A stretch of DNA of 12,185 bases from Octopus sinensis (Eukaryota), in the NCBI RefSeq assembly GCF_006345805.1, contig NW_021826707.1, forward strand, positions 1-12,185. Reading direction: 5' to 3'. Position numbers and translations under genes: made by a program. The stretch's first letter is position 1; each line of letters opens with the position of its first letter. Below are positions 1 through 9,118 of this stretch, in pieces. Below the pieces are notes generated by a model. That model worked only from the letters and a program-made list of their open reading frames with translations. It ran no database searches and was not told the DNA's origin.

Positions 1-45
1 ATGAATAAGAGCGCCTGGTCAGCGTTTTTACCCCTTTTGTATCTA

Positions 46-50
<5 letters not shown>

Positions 51-76
<26 letters not shown>
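51..76. repeat. (CT)13 microsatellite
   Basis: Uninterrupted CT dinucleotide run. Confidence 0.97.
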
Positions 77-81
77 TGTAT

Positions 82-196
82 CTATGTATGTGTGTGTGTA
101 AGTGTATGTATATATGTATAAGCTGTGTGTGTATATATATGTTATATATATATATAATATATATATATATATATTAATATATATATATATGTATGT
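82..196. repeat. Compound TG/TA low-complexity microsatellite
   Basis: Mosaic of (TG)n, (TA)n and TATG units; explains the Y/I/V-rich ORF 102..344. Confidence 0.93.
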
Positions 197-377
197 ATCG
201 TTTTTGTATTTGGTTTGCACGATTCTTTATGTGAATTCGTGTGTTGAAGCATATTTTATTGTCTGGGGAAAGTCATTCATTTTAGTGACTTATTATTTTA
301 TTCACCGGTCTGATTCCACTCATTTACTTATTTATAATAAATAAATAAATAAGTAAATTCTCCCCAGAATACAATAA

Positions 378-379
378 TA

Positions 380-432
<53 letters not shown>

Positions 433-470
433 TTATGTATGGATGGATGGATGGATGGATGGATGGATGG
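378..470. repeat. Compound microsatellite (TA)n-(TATG)n-(GGAT)n
   Basis: Three adjoining arrays; explains ORFs 324..515 and 332..532. Confidence 0.97.
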
Positions 471-478
471 GTAGATGA

Positions 479-770
479 GGGCTTGGTGGTTAGAGTACTC
501 AATTGCAGACTGCACGTTGTGCTCTTGAGCAAGGCACTTTAATTACTTTTGTTCAAGTTCACTCAGCCGGCAAAAATGAGTAGTATCTGTATTTAAAAGA
601 GCCAGCCTTGTCACACTCTGTGTCACGATGCATCCCCTTGGTTAGGGGTACGTTAAGGTTACGCCTGTCTTTGGGGTTTTCAGCCACTTACACGTTAATT
701 TCACGAGCAGGGTGTTTCGTTGATTGGATCAACTGGAACCCTCGTCATCGTAAAAAAGAAACGTCGTAGT
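479..770 (+). mobile_element. Degenerate tRNA-derived SINE with CORE-like central segment and partly deleted head
   Basis: A-box-like TTGGTGGTTAGAG at ~483-495 with no recognisable B box. It is followed by GCTCTTGAGCAAGGCACTTTAA (resembles the CORE-type motif CCTTGAGCAAGGCACTTAA) and a GC-richer body ending before (AT)n. Family assignment is by recognition only. Confidence 0.6.
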
Positions 771-773
771 TTC

Positions 774-818
774 ATATATATATATATATATATAAATGTG
801 TGTATGTGTGCGTGTGTG
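774..818. repeat. (AT)n followed by (TG)n
   Basis: Direct inspection. Confidence 0.92.
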
Positions 819-1258
819 CAGAGAGCTAGGGGAAAATGTGAAGTATAAGGTTGGCTGCGTGTGATTCTTTCAGTAAAGGTGGGACGTCATGTGTGTACAG
901 TTCGAGCCACTACGTCCTACTTTGTTGTCTAGGGTCTTGGGTTACAGAGTGGTACAATGATATGAGACTGAAATAGGAACAGAAAATACTTCATATACTC
1001 CAGTATATATGAATATGAAAGAAAAAATATGACTAGGAGCAATGGATAAATCTACATCTAGTTGCTATGTGGTTACATCTTAATAAAATAGTAGCTATAT
1101 ATATCACGAAAAGAAAAAGCATCACCCACCAAAATACTACATTCGCTTGTAGAATTTATGCTGATCCGTACCACGAGAGGTGCTGTTATTTTTAGTTTCT
1201 AATCGTCAGTTGAGAAGAATGTGAATCACAGTGCAAGCTGTTCACATAATAATGATAA

Positions 1259-1434
1259 CCTTTCTACTATAGGCACAAACCTGAAATTTGGGATTACATC
1301 GTCTCCAGTACTCAACTGTTACTTATTTTGTCGATTCTGAAAGATCAAAGGCAAAGTCAACTTCGGCGTAATTGAACTCAGAACATAAGAGCCGTCAGAA
1401 AAATTGCCAAGCATTTTTTTCTAAGCTCGCCTCC
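1259..1434 (-). mobile_element. Old decayed copy of the SINE family seen at 7725-8199 and 9119-9534
   Basis: Aligns by eye to 7790-7958: GATTACATCG-CTCCAGT...ACTTATTTTGTCGA...AAGGCAAAGTCAACTTCGGCG...GAACTCAGAAC...GCTCGCCTCC. Tail differs (TTTCTACTATAGGCACAA) and is adjoined by an (AAT/GAT)n tract. Confidence 0.8.
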
Positions 1435-1469
1435 TGTACAACAATAATGATAATCATAAGTTTTTGAAA

Positions 1470-1620
1470 TTGTGGCACAAGGCCAGCAGTTTGGTAAGGA
1501 GTGGGGAAGTTGACTGCCACAAATTTGACCGCAGCTGTATTTGATTTAGACATAAAGAACCGAAGAAACATTGCAAAGTATTATTTCCTACGTTCTGATG
1601 ATTCTGCCAACTTGCCACTC
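1470..1620 (-). mobile_element. Heavily decayed SINE copy of the same family, older subfamily
   Basis: GGCACAAGGCCAGCAGTTTGG tail end, GAAACATTGCAAAGTATT body and GATTCTGCCAACTTGCCAC head (cf. TTTCTGCCAGCTCGCCGC at 7937-7954). Confidence 0.6.
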
Positions 1621-1801
1621 ATATAACAATACAACAAGAGCAACAATAATAATTCTTCCTTTATTGGCCACAATGGCTGCAAAATAATTTAAGACAACGA
1701 TAAAGGACTGTAGGAGTTACATAAGGATTTTACAGCAATAAAAATCAATACTAACCTCCAGTAGAATGCCGAAGTGAAAATCCACCTAAGGAGGCTTTGT
1801 A

Positions 1802-1989
1802 ATACATAATACATACATACATACATACATACATACATACATACATACATACATGCATACATGCATGCATACATGCATGCATACACACACACATACATAC
1901 GTATATACATACATGCATGCATGCATACATACATACATACATAAATACATACATACACACATACATACATACATACATACATACATACA

Positions 1990-2018
<29 letters not shown>
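1802..2018. repeat. (ATAC)n tetranucleotide array with ATGC/ACAC variants
   Basis: ~217 bp array; explains ORFs 1689..2018, 1751..2029, 1786..2043 and 1853..2080. Confidence 0.97.
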
Positions 2019-2020
<2 letters not shown>

Positions 2021-2257
2021 GTAATGCACTGCCTAAATATCAATCATGAGAAATTAGGCTTCTCAAAACCAGAAAGATGAAGACTAATTCGAAGACTAAT
2101 TCCAATCCATCACTGAAACTGTAAAAATCTGTATAACTTTCCAGTAGTTTATCGATTAGATATAGATGAGCATGTCTAGATATGCAACTATATGCATGAG
2201 AATGCATAGATAAAAAATAAACATACAAACCTGCACATATACATACATACATACATA

Positions 2258-2441
2258 GGCGCAGGGGTGGCTGTGTGGTAAGTAGCTTGCTAACCAACCA
2301 CATGGTTCCGGGTTCAATCCCACTGCGTGGCATCTTGGGCAAGTGTCTTCTGCTATAGCCCCGGGCCGACAAATGCCTTGTGAGTGGATTTGGTAGACGG
2401 AAACTGAAAGAAGCCTGTCGTATATATGCATATATACATAT

Positions 2442-2476
<35 letters not shown>

Positions 2477-2689
2477 TGTGTCTGTGTTTGTCGCCCTAGC
2501 ATTGCTTGACAACCGATGCTGGGTGTTTACGTCCCCGTCACATTTATCGGTTCGGCAAAAAGAGACCGATAGAATAAGTACTGGGCTTACAAAAAGAATA
2601 AGTCCCGGGGTCGAGTTGCTCGACTAAAGGCGGTGCTCCAGCATGGCCGCAGTCAAATGACTGAAACAAGTAAAAGAGTAAAAGAGTAT
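2258..2689 (+). mobile_element. Full-length tRNA-derived SINE with internal (TA)/(TG)n microsatellite
   Basis: tRNA-like head with A box TGGCTGTGTGG (2268-2278) and B box GGTTCAATCCC (2311-2321). CORE-like CATCTTGGGCAAGTGTCTTC, internal TA/TG tract, and a 3' tail ending in tandem AGTAAAAG repeats. Its 3' half recurs at 10215-10449. Confidence 0.88.
2268..2321 (+). promoter_or_regulatory. RNA polymerase III type-2 internal promoter (A and B boxes) of the SINE
   Basis: TGGCTGTGTGG and GGTTCAATCCC match TRGCNNARYNG-like and GGTTCRANNCC consensus at tRNA-like spacing. Activity unknown. Confidence 0.7.
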
Positions 2690-3407
2690 ACAAAATTACT
2701 CTGTTGTTGATGTTCAAATTCCAGAGAAGGAGCCTTGGATCTAGGTTATGAACCGGCACTTTCTCTATTGGCTAGAAATCTTGAAATAAAACTGAACAAT
2801 CACATGCAAACACACATACTCAGCTGTATTTTCTGAAGTTATGATGTTTAAAGGGACACATATATTGCAGAATTTCGGCGGTTTGAAAACATTTTGTTTT
2901 CGCTTATGGGCAGAAGTGGAGTGAAGAGCAGCTGGTATGCAATGACGAAGTATATTCGGCGGTATATTTTATTGAATGGACGGAAGAAGAGAAAAAAATC
3001 CATCGCTCAATATTTTCTCATAATGGAATTTCGAGATCACTCCTGATCTACGTTGTCATGCAAGACTCTACTCTTATGAATTAAATATGTATATTTTTGA
3101 GTATTTAGATATCGCAATACGAATGGGAATATTTATGTACACAAATACACGCGAGTTACGTTTATACACACATGCGCACGAAACAATTGTATGCATATGT
3201 GTGTATTTGTGTGTGCATATATGAACATATAAATTCAAATAAACGAGTAAAAGAATTGTATATAAATTTCAAGTCGATTTATTCATGTTTTATCCTTGTG
3301 CAACGTGTTTATGTAGATCGGTTTGTTGCGGCGTGGTGTTTAGTGAGACGGTAAATATATTACGATTAAATGTGTTGTATTGCAGCGTTGTGAGAGTCTC
3401 TGTAGCC

Positions 3408-3535
3408 TATATATATATTATATATATATATATATATTATAATATCTATATATAATATATAATAACATATATATATATATATATACACACATATATATAT
3501 GTATGTATGCATGTGTGTGAGAGTCTGTATGCATG

Positions 3536-3570
<35 letters not shown>

Positions 3571-3736
3571 ATATATATAATATATATATAATGTATATAT
3601 TATACAATATATATATATATATACACATATATGTATGTATGCATATATATGTATATATATATACACATATATATTTATGTATGCATATATATGTATATTA
3701 TATACACATATATATTTATGTATGCATATATATGTG

Positions 3737-3767
<31 letters not shown>

Positions 3768-3776
3768 ACACACACT

Positions 3777-3808
<32 letters not shown>

Positions 3809-3943
3809 CATACATGCATGCATATATACCTACCTATATATATATACATACATTCACATATACACACATATACATGTATATATATGTATTTACATAATTG
3901 CATATAGATATATATATATATATATGTATGTATGTATATATGT
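3408..3943. repeat. Large AT-rich compound microsatellite, (TA)n/(TACA)n/(CA)n
   Basis: ~535 bp of low-complexity sequence; explains ORFs 3446..3950. Confidence 0.97.
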
Positions 3944-4167
3944 ACTATGATTTAAAATTTATATACGGCATACAAGGAATTAAGTTATATTATTAATTGA
4001 AACGGATGATTTCACCCAACTAAACCCAAGAATCAAATAGTTCAATTCTCAGAAAGAAATCACTGATCCATGCAATACTTATTTATGTATATGGAAAAGA
4101 TATTTGAAATGTTGTTTTACAGAGAGAACATGAGAGACAAAGAAAGACGGTGAAATAGGATACGAGC

Positions 4168-4202
4168 GTGTGTGTGTGAAAGAGAGAGAGAGAGAGAGAG
4201 AG
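4168..4202. repeat. (GT)n-(AG)n microsatellite within a purine-rich tract
   Basis: GT run 4168-4178 and AG run 4181-4202; flanks (~4120-4470) are strongly A/G-biased. Confidence 0.9.
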
Positions 4203-4865
4203 TGATTGAAAGAAAGAGATGCACAAGAGAGTGTGAAAGAAGAGAGAGAAGGTAAGTGAGTGTGTTAGAATGTGAGAGAGCATGAGAAAATGCTTGGTAA
4301 ATGTGAGAGTCGCCAGAAAGTTAAAGCGAAGCATGTAAATGCAGTGAGAAAGTTTGTAAGAATAATAGACATGTTAAATTAAATATAAAGATGAATAAAG
4401 AATGTGAGAGATGCATAGAAGACTATAGATTCTATGAAGGATACGATGCAAAGAGAAATGACATTGAGAATTAAATATCTAGGAGTCAATTGGTTAAGTG
4501 GTTCTCTTGTTTCGGGCAAATAAAATTTGGAAATAGAATAAAAAAATTATTGTTATGCGAATGGCGTCTCTGGATTATTTAGTCTTTAAACTATTCTATT
4601 TTCGTACGAGGATAATCTAGCGAATATACTTAGTGGTTCTTTCATTACTATTTCACTAAGTCCACTGAAGAATATGCTTTGCTGATAAGGTCAGAATAAG
4701 CCTAAAACATTATTACGTATTGTTCGAATATGAAGAGTGTCTCTCATGTTTACAGTGTAGAAAATGAAAATAATATTCGCCATTCCTATTGTTTATCTTT
4801 TCTCACCTCATAATTTGTTGTTTGTTTTTAGATTTTATAATACACCTTCCTTAAAATATCTAGCG

Positions 4866-5460
4866 CTCCCAGAGGAACTGATGCAGAAGCTGAGCGGTGG
4901 ATACGGTTACACGAAGATTGACCTTGCTGATGCCTGCAACCAGATCAAACTGGCTCTAGAGTATCAACGAAGGCTAGCCCTCAGCGCTCACTGTGGAGGG
5001 TTCCTGCAGTAACAACTCCCATTTGGAATCAAGTCAGCACCTGGTTACTTCCAGGATATCATGGAGATCCTAACCAGTCAGCGAGCAAGACGCCAATGAC
5101 CACTTGAGCAACTTGAGACGTTTGTTCTCTCGTCTTAACGACAAAGGACTCAGATGCCGTCGTGAAAACTGCCTGTTCGCACAACCCAATGTAGAATATT
5201 TTGGCCACACCTTATCGGCCGAAGGAATCGCAAGGGTATCCAAGGTCGAGGCAGCCATGAAGATGCCACCTCCTACGAGCGTTTTAAGCTTAAAGTCTTT
5301 CTTGGGTTTGGTTCAGTTCTCCAGGAAGTTCATCCCAAACCTAGCTACTACGGCCGAGCCACTTTACAGCTTGATCAAGAAGGCAACTCCCTGGAAATGG
5401 GGAGATGCAGAACAAGCAGCGTTTGAACAGTTGAGAAACGTATTATCCTCAATCAAGTCC
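4866..5460 (+). pseudogene. Reverse transcriptase and connection region (partial, catalytic YxDD deleted)
   Basis: LPEELMQKLSGGYGYTKIDLADA, *QLPFGIKSAPGYFQDIMEILT, then a frame jump at ~5077 straight into VSEQDANDHLSNLRRLF...YFGHTLS...LKSFLGLVQF. Stop TAA at 5010-5012. Confidence 0.93.
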
Positions 5461-5462
5461 TT

Positions 5463-5825
5463 GTACATTTCGACCCAGACAAACCTCTAGGGCTGGCTTG
5501 TGACGCGTCCAACGGTGGAATTGGAGTAGTCCTGTTTCATCGCTACTTGGATGGAAGCGACCACCCAATTGCCAACGTGTCCAACACTCTCACGTCTGCA
5601 GAAGGAAACTACAGCCAAAGCTACAAGGAAGCCCTAGCTATTAATTTTGGTTTGCAGAAATTCTACCAGTATCTGTACAGATGTCAGTTCATACTGACAG
5701 CACTGTTCGGCCTGAAGAAAGGGACACCACTTTTGCAGGCAACAGACTAGCTCGATGGGCCCTGAGGCTGAGTACCAGAAAACAGCGGATCATGGCAATG
5801 CAGATGATCTTAGTCGCTTGCTATC
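5463..5825 (+). pseudogene. Gypsy-type RNase H domain (disrupted)
   Basis: VHFDPDKPLGLACDASNGGIGVVL (CDAS at 5499-5510), NYSQSYKEALA, RLARWAL and HGNADDLSRL. The usual TDHKPL motif is absent at ~5695. Confidence 0.93.
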
Positions 5826-6099
5826 TGGAGAAGACAACGACTTCGACAGGGAGGAAAATGGTGAAGACATGGATATGGTGTGCGCCATCAAAGTTCTCAG
5901 TCTTCAAATCAAACCTGTGGACGGCAGCATCCTCCGTCAAGAATCTAGGAAAGATCTAGTGATGACGACAGTGATGCGCTATGTCTGCGAAGGGCGGCCA
6001 CCGAAGCACACCAACAATGAAGTCAAAAAGTTCCAGAGGTTGTCGGATGCATTCAGTATCTACCACGGATGTCTCATCAATGCATCAAGAGATATGATT

Positions 6100-7020
6100 C
6101 CACAGAGCCTACAGTTCAATATCCTCGATCTGTTGCATATCGGACACTTCGGTATGGAACGTATGAAGCAGTTGGCAAGAACCGCTGTATACAGGCCCGG
6201 TATTGAGATGGTTAGTCGACGATGTGACTTATGCGGCGAACATCAAAACAAGCTATCCAAGCCTGCAGTTCACCCATGGATGCTACCAGAGAAGCCATGC
6301 AGCCTCTTACACATGGATCATGGCATCAACTTCCTGGGTATGAACTGACTGGTGATCACGGATGCTTTCTCACGGTATCCGTGTATTCATCCAACATCAT
6401 CCACCTCCTAGATCTTCTGGAAGAAGCCTTCAATCACTTCCGATACCCTCACACGCTGGTCACGGATAACGCATCAACTTATCTATTTCAGAGCTGGTGC
6501 AAAGAACGTGGGATCACATGCTGAACAGGAGCACTGTACCATCCAGTTACCAGCGGACTAGCAGAACGTTTGGTGCAATCATTCAAGCAAGCACTGAGAA
6601 ACTTTTCTCTGCCCTACGGAGCGAGCTCTTCAAGAGTTCTTGACGTAGTACCGGAGAACGCCGACATCCTGTAGGTTCTCCCCAAGCGAACTCTTGATGT
6701 CCCGGCAGATACGGACTATGATCAACTTTCTGCTGCCCTCTCCAGCACACATAGCTCAAGGCAAGCAATTCAAGAAATCACCAAAAGCTGAGAAGACTGG
6801 AGACTCGGGAGGTATCGCCAAGGTGGTCGGGCAATACAAGGCTACTGATCCTGTATATGCACTGTACTATGGACGTCGCCGTGACAAGCAGCCCCGATGG
6901 GTACCAGCAATCGTCACGAAGTCATTTGGTACTCGCTGGTTCAAGGTCAAGGTATTTCCTCATGGCCCAGCATGGAGACGAAAGGAGAATAGCTACGACC
7001 ATGCTACACTTCTGCGGTGG
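6100..7020 (+). pseudogene. Integrase (HHCC zinc finger, DDE core, C-terminal region), disrupted
   Basis: LHIGHFG...RRCDLC; core D at 6316 (LHMD), D at 6465 (VTDN), E at 6564 (LAERLVQSFK); YRRTP...SPSELLMSRQIRT; C-terminal PRWVPAIVTK. Contains internal TGA/TAG stops. Confidence 0.93.
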
Positions 7021-7724
7021 ACAGTAAAACTGGAAATGAGACGGGCAATATTTCTGAGCATCCAGTGTAGCATGGTCGTAGCTATTCTCCTTTCGTCTCC
7101 ATGCTGGGCCATGAGAAATACCTTGACCTTGAACCAGCGAGTACCAAATGACTGATCGTTTGTTTTCAGCTATATTTTTATTTTATCGAGGACTTCATCA
7201 TTTAATGCATTTTTTTTTTCCTTTTAATGAGTTGTTTGAAAGAGATTCGGTTGCTAACCCAATTAGGTGGGACGACAATGTACAAACGCTACACCCATAA
7301 AACGCTTCTATACACTTATTAGAAAATGTGGATTTAAATGCAAAAATTAATTCTTACAAAAGACAAACCACCGACGTAGAATTGCAGATTGGAATGGTTA
7401 ATTAAAGTTCAGAATACACGCTTTACGTATCGAAGCAATTAAAAGAACCCAGTTGACAATAGATGATACTTCAAGAAAAACTAAATAAAGTCAATCCTGT
7501 GTGGAAGGCAAGTATATAAACGGTAAGCAAACACGACTCACTATACTCGAATTATTTAACCTCACTAAAAACAAGATTCACCAATAATAAGATTAAACTG
7601 AACGCGATATTAAGATAAGCGACTTTCGCAAAACTACTCCTTCCAAATCCTACCCGAGGAGAATATAACATAAAGTTAGTTGAGAAATATTAGAAACTTT
7701 TTGAAACTCATTTTCCAAAATATA

Positions 7725-7957
7725 TATTTCTTTACTACCCACAAGGGGCTAAACACAGAGAGGACAAACAAGGACAGACAAACGGATTAAGTCGATTATA
7801 TCGACCCCAGTGCGTAACTGGTACTTAATTTATCGACCCCGAAAGGATGAAAGCCAAAGTCGACCTCGGCGGAATTTAAACTCAGAATGTAACGACAGAT
7901 GAAATACGGCTACGCATTTCGCCCGGCGTGCTAACGTTTCTGCCAGCTCGCCGCCTC
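7725..7957 (-). mobile_element. Young full-length tRNA-derived SINE, copy 1 of a tandem pair
   Basis: Reverse complement begins GGAGGCGGCGAGCTGGCAGAAACGTTAGC (A box) ... GAGTTTAAATTCC (B-box variant) ... GCTTTCATCCTTTCGGGGTCGATAAATTAAGTACC ... AAAGAAATA. About 20 mismatches in ~230 nt versus 9119-9350 by hand count. Confidence 0.92.
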
Positions 7958-7972
7958 CCTATTTACAATATA

Positions 7973-8199
7973 TATTTCTTTACTACCCACAAGGGGCTAA
8001 ACACAGAGAGGACAAACAAGACACAAACGGATTAAGTCGATTACATCGACCCCAGTGCGTAACTGGTACTTAATTTATCGACCCCGAAAGGATGAAGGCA
8101 AGTCGACCTCGGCGGAATTTGAAACTCAAGACGTAACGACAGATGAAATACGCTACGCATTTCGCCCGGCGTGCTAACGTTTCTGCCAGCTCGCCGCCT
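7973..8199 (-). mobile_element. Young full-length SINE, copy 2 of the tandem pair
   Basis: Near-identical to 7725-7957 with several 1-2 nt indels. Flanked by the 16-nt direct repeat CCCTATTTACAATATA (7957-7972 and 8200-8215). Confidence 0.92.
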
Positions 8200-8371
8200 C
8201 CCTATTTACAATATAGCTAAATTGTAACATTCGATGGAGCTTGGATTCCTAACTTCGTCTGCCTATGTTCCTCTGTTAACAAGTTCATTACAGTATTATC
8301 GCTGCAAATTAAAATATAAAAATCAAACGATACCTTATTCAAACCACCTCCTCGATGAGAAGTAACAATTG

Positions 8372-8586
8372 TTTCTGATTTAGGAACAAGGCCAACCATT
8401 TTAGGGGTAAGGAACTAGTTGATTAAATGTATTACAGTGCTTGACACGTATTTTATTTTATCAACTCTGGATGAAAGGAAATAATTGAATTCGGGAGGAT
8501 TTTAACTTAGAACATAAAGAGCCAAGAAAAATACCGCAAGGTATTTCGTCTGAGACTCTAGTGATTCTGCTACACTATTACCCTCC
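8372..8586 (-). mobile_element. Old decayed copy of the same SINE family
   Basis: TTTCTGATTTAGGAACAAGGCC tail end, GGATGAAAGG, GAATTCGGGAGGATTTTAACTTAGAACATAAAG, AAATACCGCAAGGTATTT, GATTCTGC head. Confidence 0.65.
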
Positions 8587-8894
8587 GATAAGAAGTAATA
8601 ATATACATGGTCAGTTTTTCTTTTATCTCAAAATGAACATTGTGAGCAGGAAAGTCACACGAGAATATTATGTACTACACGTATATTAGTTCAAATCACA
8701 AAGAGTCTATTCAAATGAAATGAATCAAAGATATCAGCTTTTATGTTTGTTTTAAAGTCTATCATAATCTGTTTAGGAAGGTAAATTGTCCGCTGAATGT
8801 GCTCATGCAGGGAAATTGAAATAATCAATTCCTGGTTCACAAAAGTAAATACTTAAGATAAGTAAAACACAAGCAGGGGGATGGATTGGAAGAA

Positions 8895-8990
8895 AATACG
8901 TGCGGTCTGAGTTCGAATTCCACTTAGATCTTTTTTTAGATTTTGCTCTCACATTGTCGATAAAATAAGTACCGGTGTCGATATAACTGT
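8895..8990 (+). mobile_element. Short decayed SINE fragment of the same family
   Basis: CTGAGTTCGAATTCC (B box) and GTCGATAAAATAAGTACC...GTCGATATAAC match segments of 9190-9290. Confidence 0.45.
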
Positions 8991-9118
8991 CTGTGTTCCC
9001 CTGCTTTTGTTGGAGCCGCAGATTAACCATGATTGAGCCGACTTGTGAATAAAGGTTTATAGACTCTGTTTCTACGTCTTTGTTTGGGACAGTTTATACA
9101 GCGGTATATCAGCCAGGA

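Larger units (their letters stand above)
4866..7152 (+). mobile_element. pol: Ty3/gypsy (Metaviridae) LTR-retrotransposon pol remnant, K02A2.6/Mag-like; inactive and truncated at both ends
   Basis: Domain order RT-RNase H-integrase, reconstructed across ORFs 4764..5012, 5104..5490, 5547..5750, 5681..5959, 5755..6348, 6231..6524 and 6694..7155. GC content is clearly above the flanks. Several stops and frameshifts; no gag, protease, PPT or LTR seen. Confidence 0.96.

Noticed and set aside
322-358. Perfect 14-bp inverted repeat ATTTACTTATTTAT / ATAAATAAGTAAAT with 9-nt loop
   Set aside because: Almost pure A/T built from (TAAA)n; expected in this composition, with no TSD or MITE context.
1195-1209. 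Minus-strand CTGACGA-TTA-GAAAC, resembling a hammerhead ribozyme core
   Set aside because: Only 3 nt lie between CUGANGA and GAAA, too few for stem II, and no stems I/III are found.
2258-2335. tRNA-like sequence here and at 10970-11046
   Set aside because: A/B boxes are present but there is no complete cloverleaf or acceptor stem, and both continue into SINE bodies; not tRNA genes.
2040-2759. Minus-strand ORFs 2040..2372, 2156..2512 and 2544..2759
   Set aside because: Antisense read-through of the 2258-2689 SINE and adjacent repeats.
102-3950. Y/I/H/T/M/C/V-repetitive ORFs (102..344, 324..532, 1689..2080, 3446..3950)
   Set aside because: Translations of microsatellites that lack stop codons; not genes.
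4111-4257. Plus-strand acceptor GTTGTTTTACAG (ends 4122) and perfect donor AAG|GTAAGT (4252), 129 nt apart
   Set aside because: All three frames contain stops and the segment is GA-rich simple sequence. A non-coding exon cannot be excluded but has no support.
4764-4865. N-terminal part of ORF 4764..5012 (MKIIFAIPIVYLFSPH...)
   Set aside because: Chance in-frame extension of AT-rich flank into the RT fragment; no evidence for a fusion gene, and the RT frame stops at 5010.
5070-6768. Minus-strand ORFs 5070..5258 and 6583..6768
   Set aside because: Antisense shadows of the gypsy pol.
7533-7545. ACGACTCACTATA, a 13-nt match to the T7 promoter core
   Set aside because: The upstream TAAT and downstream GGG are missing and there is no vector sequence nearby; coincidence.
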